The notes under the pieces are model-generated. The model was not told where the DNA came from and made no database searches. It worked only from the letters and a program-made list of their open reading frames with translations. A DNA stretch of 60,977 nt, the filler included, from Hausera hauseri (lineage: Eukaryota): the NCBI GenBank assembly GCA_046269625.1. It is 12 parts of 12 records of this genome, joined end to end, with 100 filler letters (N's around TTAATTAATTAA, not from the genome) between each part and the next. Parts side by side here need not be neighbours in the genome. Positions count along the whole stretch, not along the records: positions 54,586 to 60,977 come from JBJURY010105543.1; 11 more parts are not named here. One strand, written 5' to 3'. The position numbers were made by a program, and so were the translations under genes. This document shows positions 59,901-60,977 of the stretch, piece after piece; position 1 is the stretch's first letter, and every line of letters starts with the position of its first letter.

Positions 59901-60977
59901 AAAATAATATGTTATTTGCAAATCAACTTCGTTCGTTAAGGTAGGCCTTTTTACCATGACTTTGTCTATCAGTTTTGGTTCTTTATCCTTTTCCTGAGTA
60001 AAGAAAAAGGTAGGGCCTATTCTTTCCACATATACCTGTCTCGCTATAGGCAGGATTTTCTGCTTTGGTTTCAATAGCATTTTGGTTGTTAGAAAGTAAA
60101 GGTCTATAAGACAGATTTCATTTAATAATGGAATTGAACAACGTTTAGTTGATAACCAAATTGCATCGTTAATTTCTGGTGATAGGATCAGTTGGGTTAT
60201 TTCTTTATATTTTGATTCTCCTAAAAATAATCCGTTTACTGAGTCGGCTGAATTTTGCCATGTAATTTTCACTCGTAGTTCTAAGTTGGTGATTATGGGG
60301 TCTGTTACCAAGGTTTGTGCCGTAGTCGACAGTATTAAACCAAAAATTATAATTATAAGAAATAATTGTTCAAGACTACAGGCTGGTTTTAAAACGGGTT
60401 GCTTAGATGATCGCAACGAGTATCGAGGTTCTTCTTTAACTTTTGGTTCTTTTGGTCCTTTTGTGACTCTTTGGGCTGATATACATTCAATTCTGGTCTT
60501 TTTACCAGTGCCCTTTTCGATGAATATATTTTCAGGTGTAACTTTTACTACTAGGTAAGGTCCTTTACCTGTACGAGTTAGCTTCAGTGATTTTCCTGGT
60601 TTTGCTACTGGGTAATGTATCATTACCTTATCTCCTGGTTGGAAATTATGAGGTTTAGCTTTTTTATTATAATATTCTTGGTAATCTTGTTTGTATTGTT
60701 TGATGGCTTGCTTAGCTTTCTTCCAGCAATTTGCTAGGCTGTTTACAACGCTTTCGTGTATTTCTTCATCAGACTGGTTTCCAGATATTTCTTTTTCTGG
60801 TAATAACTGGATATCCATTGGGAGTAATGGTTTTCTTCCATACATTAGTTCAAATGGCGTATATCCTGATGAACTGGTAGGTGTGGTTGCAATTGCAAAC
60901 TGTACCACTTTTAAGTGAATATCCCAATCCTTTTGAGTTTTGTCTATCATGGCTGATAATATACATTGCACTGTATA
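56949..60977 (-). CDS. Ty3/Gypsy Pol C-terminus (integrase, GPY/F) fused in frame to a membrane protein and an NLS + inactive DEDDh-like module; 5' truncated
   Basis: Uninterrupted 1340+ aa: QKDWD, TPFELMYGR, GKGPY; signal-like LFLIIIIFGLILSTTAQ (about 60316-60366); TM about 59351-59415; second hydrophobic segment about 59255-59305; PKRKV; REX4/ISG20-like pattern at 57625-58088. Confidence 0.9.
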   Translation of the reverse strand, partial: YTVQCILSAMIDKTQKDWDIHLKVVQFAIATTPTSSSGYTPFELMYGRKPLLPMDIQLLPEKEISGNQSDEEIHESVVNSLANCWKKAKQAIKQYKQDYQEYYNKKAKPHNFQPGDKVMIHYPVAKPGKSLKLTRTGKGPYLVVKVTPENIFIEKGTGKKTRIECISAQRVTKGPKEPKVKEEPRYSLRSSKQPVLKPACSLEQLFLIIIIFGLILSTTAQTLVTDPIITNLELRVKITWQNSADSVNGLFLGESKYKEITQLILSPEINDAIWLSTKRCSIPLLNEICLIDLYFLTTKMLLKPKQKILPIARQVYVERIGPTFFFTQEKDKEPKLIDKVMVKRPTLTNEVDLQITYYFPRLFKHKSGEKALNFHIHMPLLQFFKIEQVIISTITTLSTFSNKQITTVSLNKIPDVTMIATDSYIEFKVLQLLEDPISITCVGKYHIIYAAIKKHERMTRCSDLQPDEEYLIVFTQNYAKTRHQTIRTKTKTEKYLIHEEVPVYTQLQLATKSSIQTDTLRIIIPSIIIILLLLSISAPFVIIEIKRFSQKQAIMNKTLLLTTHLICLTSVEWIVDVEENKKFKNPKGYHSNFKYLKRHTYHELIHTLKSNAKFQPIKSRYTRNTITPIKNYCRVTTYPKDGPLNKTHHSNHSSFSTMSFSNKPVRDDMEIQDIDLDANDSNSDASTETVVYNPKRKVIPPCYNSFTFQNPTQGLGLSRGILANQITQNSPAAVVTTPRIQSIVEVRKKGMDINDLPEHKQIKLQSQLQENISDNKKHQLKTKPWFELYNRSILIYDAGKNMYPSKFYNRLIELTEDSTDVLFLQSKYLDNSLKTSTINERSFRIMKIDNPCYNVKLTEFLKLQEPFEKILLHVAKGRIQLRAHTDTYESINPKQSVLDSKSTMKINNIAFKTPLYFRILLTPVVLGVEICQTLDENLGFQEPLFHQIPPEDISNFQLSTACNYRYLSVSLAYAPNGDPLPVEVMVADEAKLLIYHAFLNPRRKISNTNEHIHGLSLSIIEEAEDEELVRKELVKYLYGYIVISANTSTILKSLRIPQSFLFGIIDLLSIPNTKKRFEEGKMKLNLTQLPRVYGFQTDFPKTAESIIQVVMDIYTKITDSCSNEHWEHSWIPPYHNLIDYGSFETIPQKYHMNYKYEKLAENEITERKVESPIKKLKLQTNAIMDSLNQKEKIVFIQLSILVYGHMNHVINVKFTKEPKTTLNQWKQIVPTQLFGKVVGLVYKHSIYNTLHLAMIGIYFDILKEVQHSPILTNQPIPVQMDMVPIPNPRGKTIKLRNSGKSNIKMLLFAKKDEYTLENLYQIATVIQTEEEMDIHKDFFIQL

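Overview
This window is not one locus. It is 12 unrelated eukaryotic contigs joined by 11 artificial 100-bp spacers (44 N + TTAATTAATTAA + 44 N) starting at 4395, 9204, 14778, 18951, 23068, 30490, 35168, 42121, 46177, 50283 and 54486. The source is an AT-rich eukaryote, probably an animal, with motile cilia (intact HYDIN), very short GT-AG introns (mostly 41-52 nt) and the standard code. Host genes are an intact internal part of HYDIN, the last exon of SEC62, and decayed copies of mitochondrial EF-Ts, MYBBP1A and a matrin-type zinc-finger gene. The rest is mobile DNA: three decayed CsRn1-like Ty3/Gypsy elements, three members of a second Ty3/Gypsy family, Polinton/adintovirus-like pPolB and ATPase fragments, a Helitron interrupted by a hAT element, RTE and CR1/L2 LINE fragments, and MITEs. 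Two systems stand out. (1) A Ty3/Gypsy family (36005-42120 and 54586-60977) resembles a complex retrovirus. Its integrase reads in frame into a non-canonical membrane protein and then a module with an NLS-like motif and a catalytically dead DEDDh-exonuclease-like domain. A conserved splice acceptor sits in front of that module, and the long LTR carries a conserved small basic ORF and a covarying hairpin. (2) The CsRn1-like family has a ubiquitin-like domain (ending RLRGG in the best copy) fused to the N-terminus of Gag, two tandem CHCC knuckles and a conserved -1 frameshift pseudoknot. A Polinton-type pPolB gene with two host-sized introns is also present. All family assignments are by-eye motif recognition; no searches were run.
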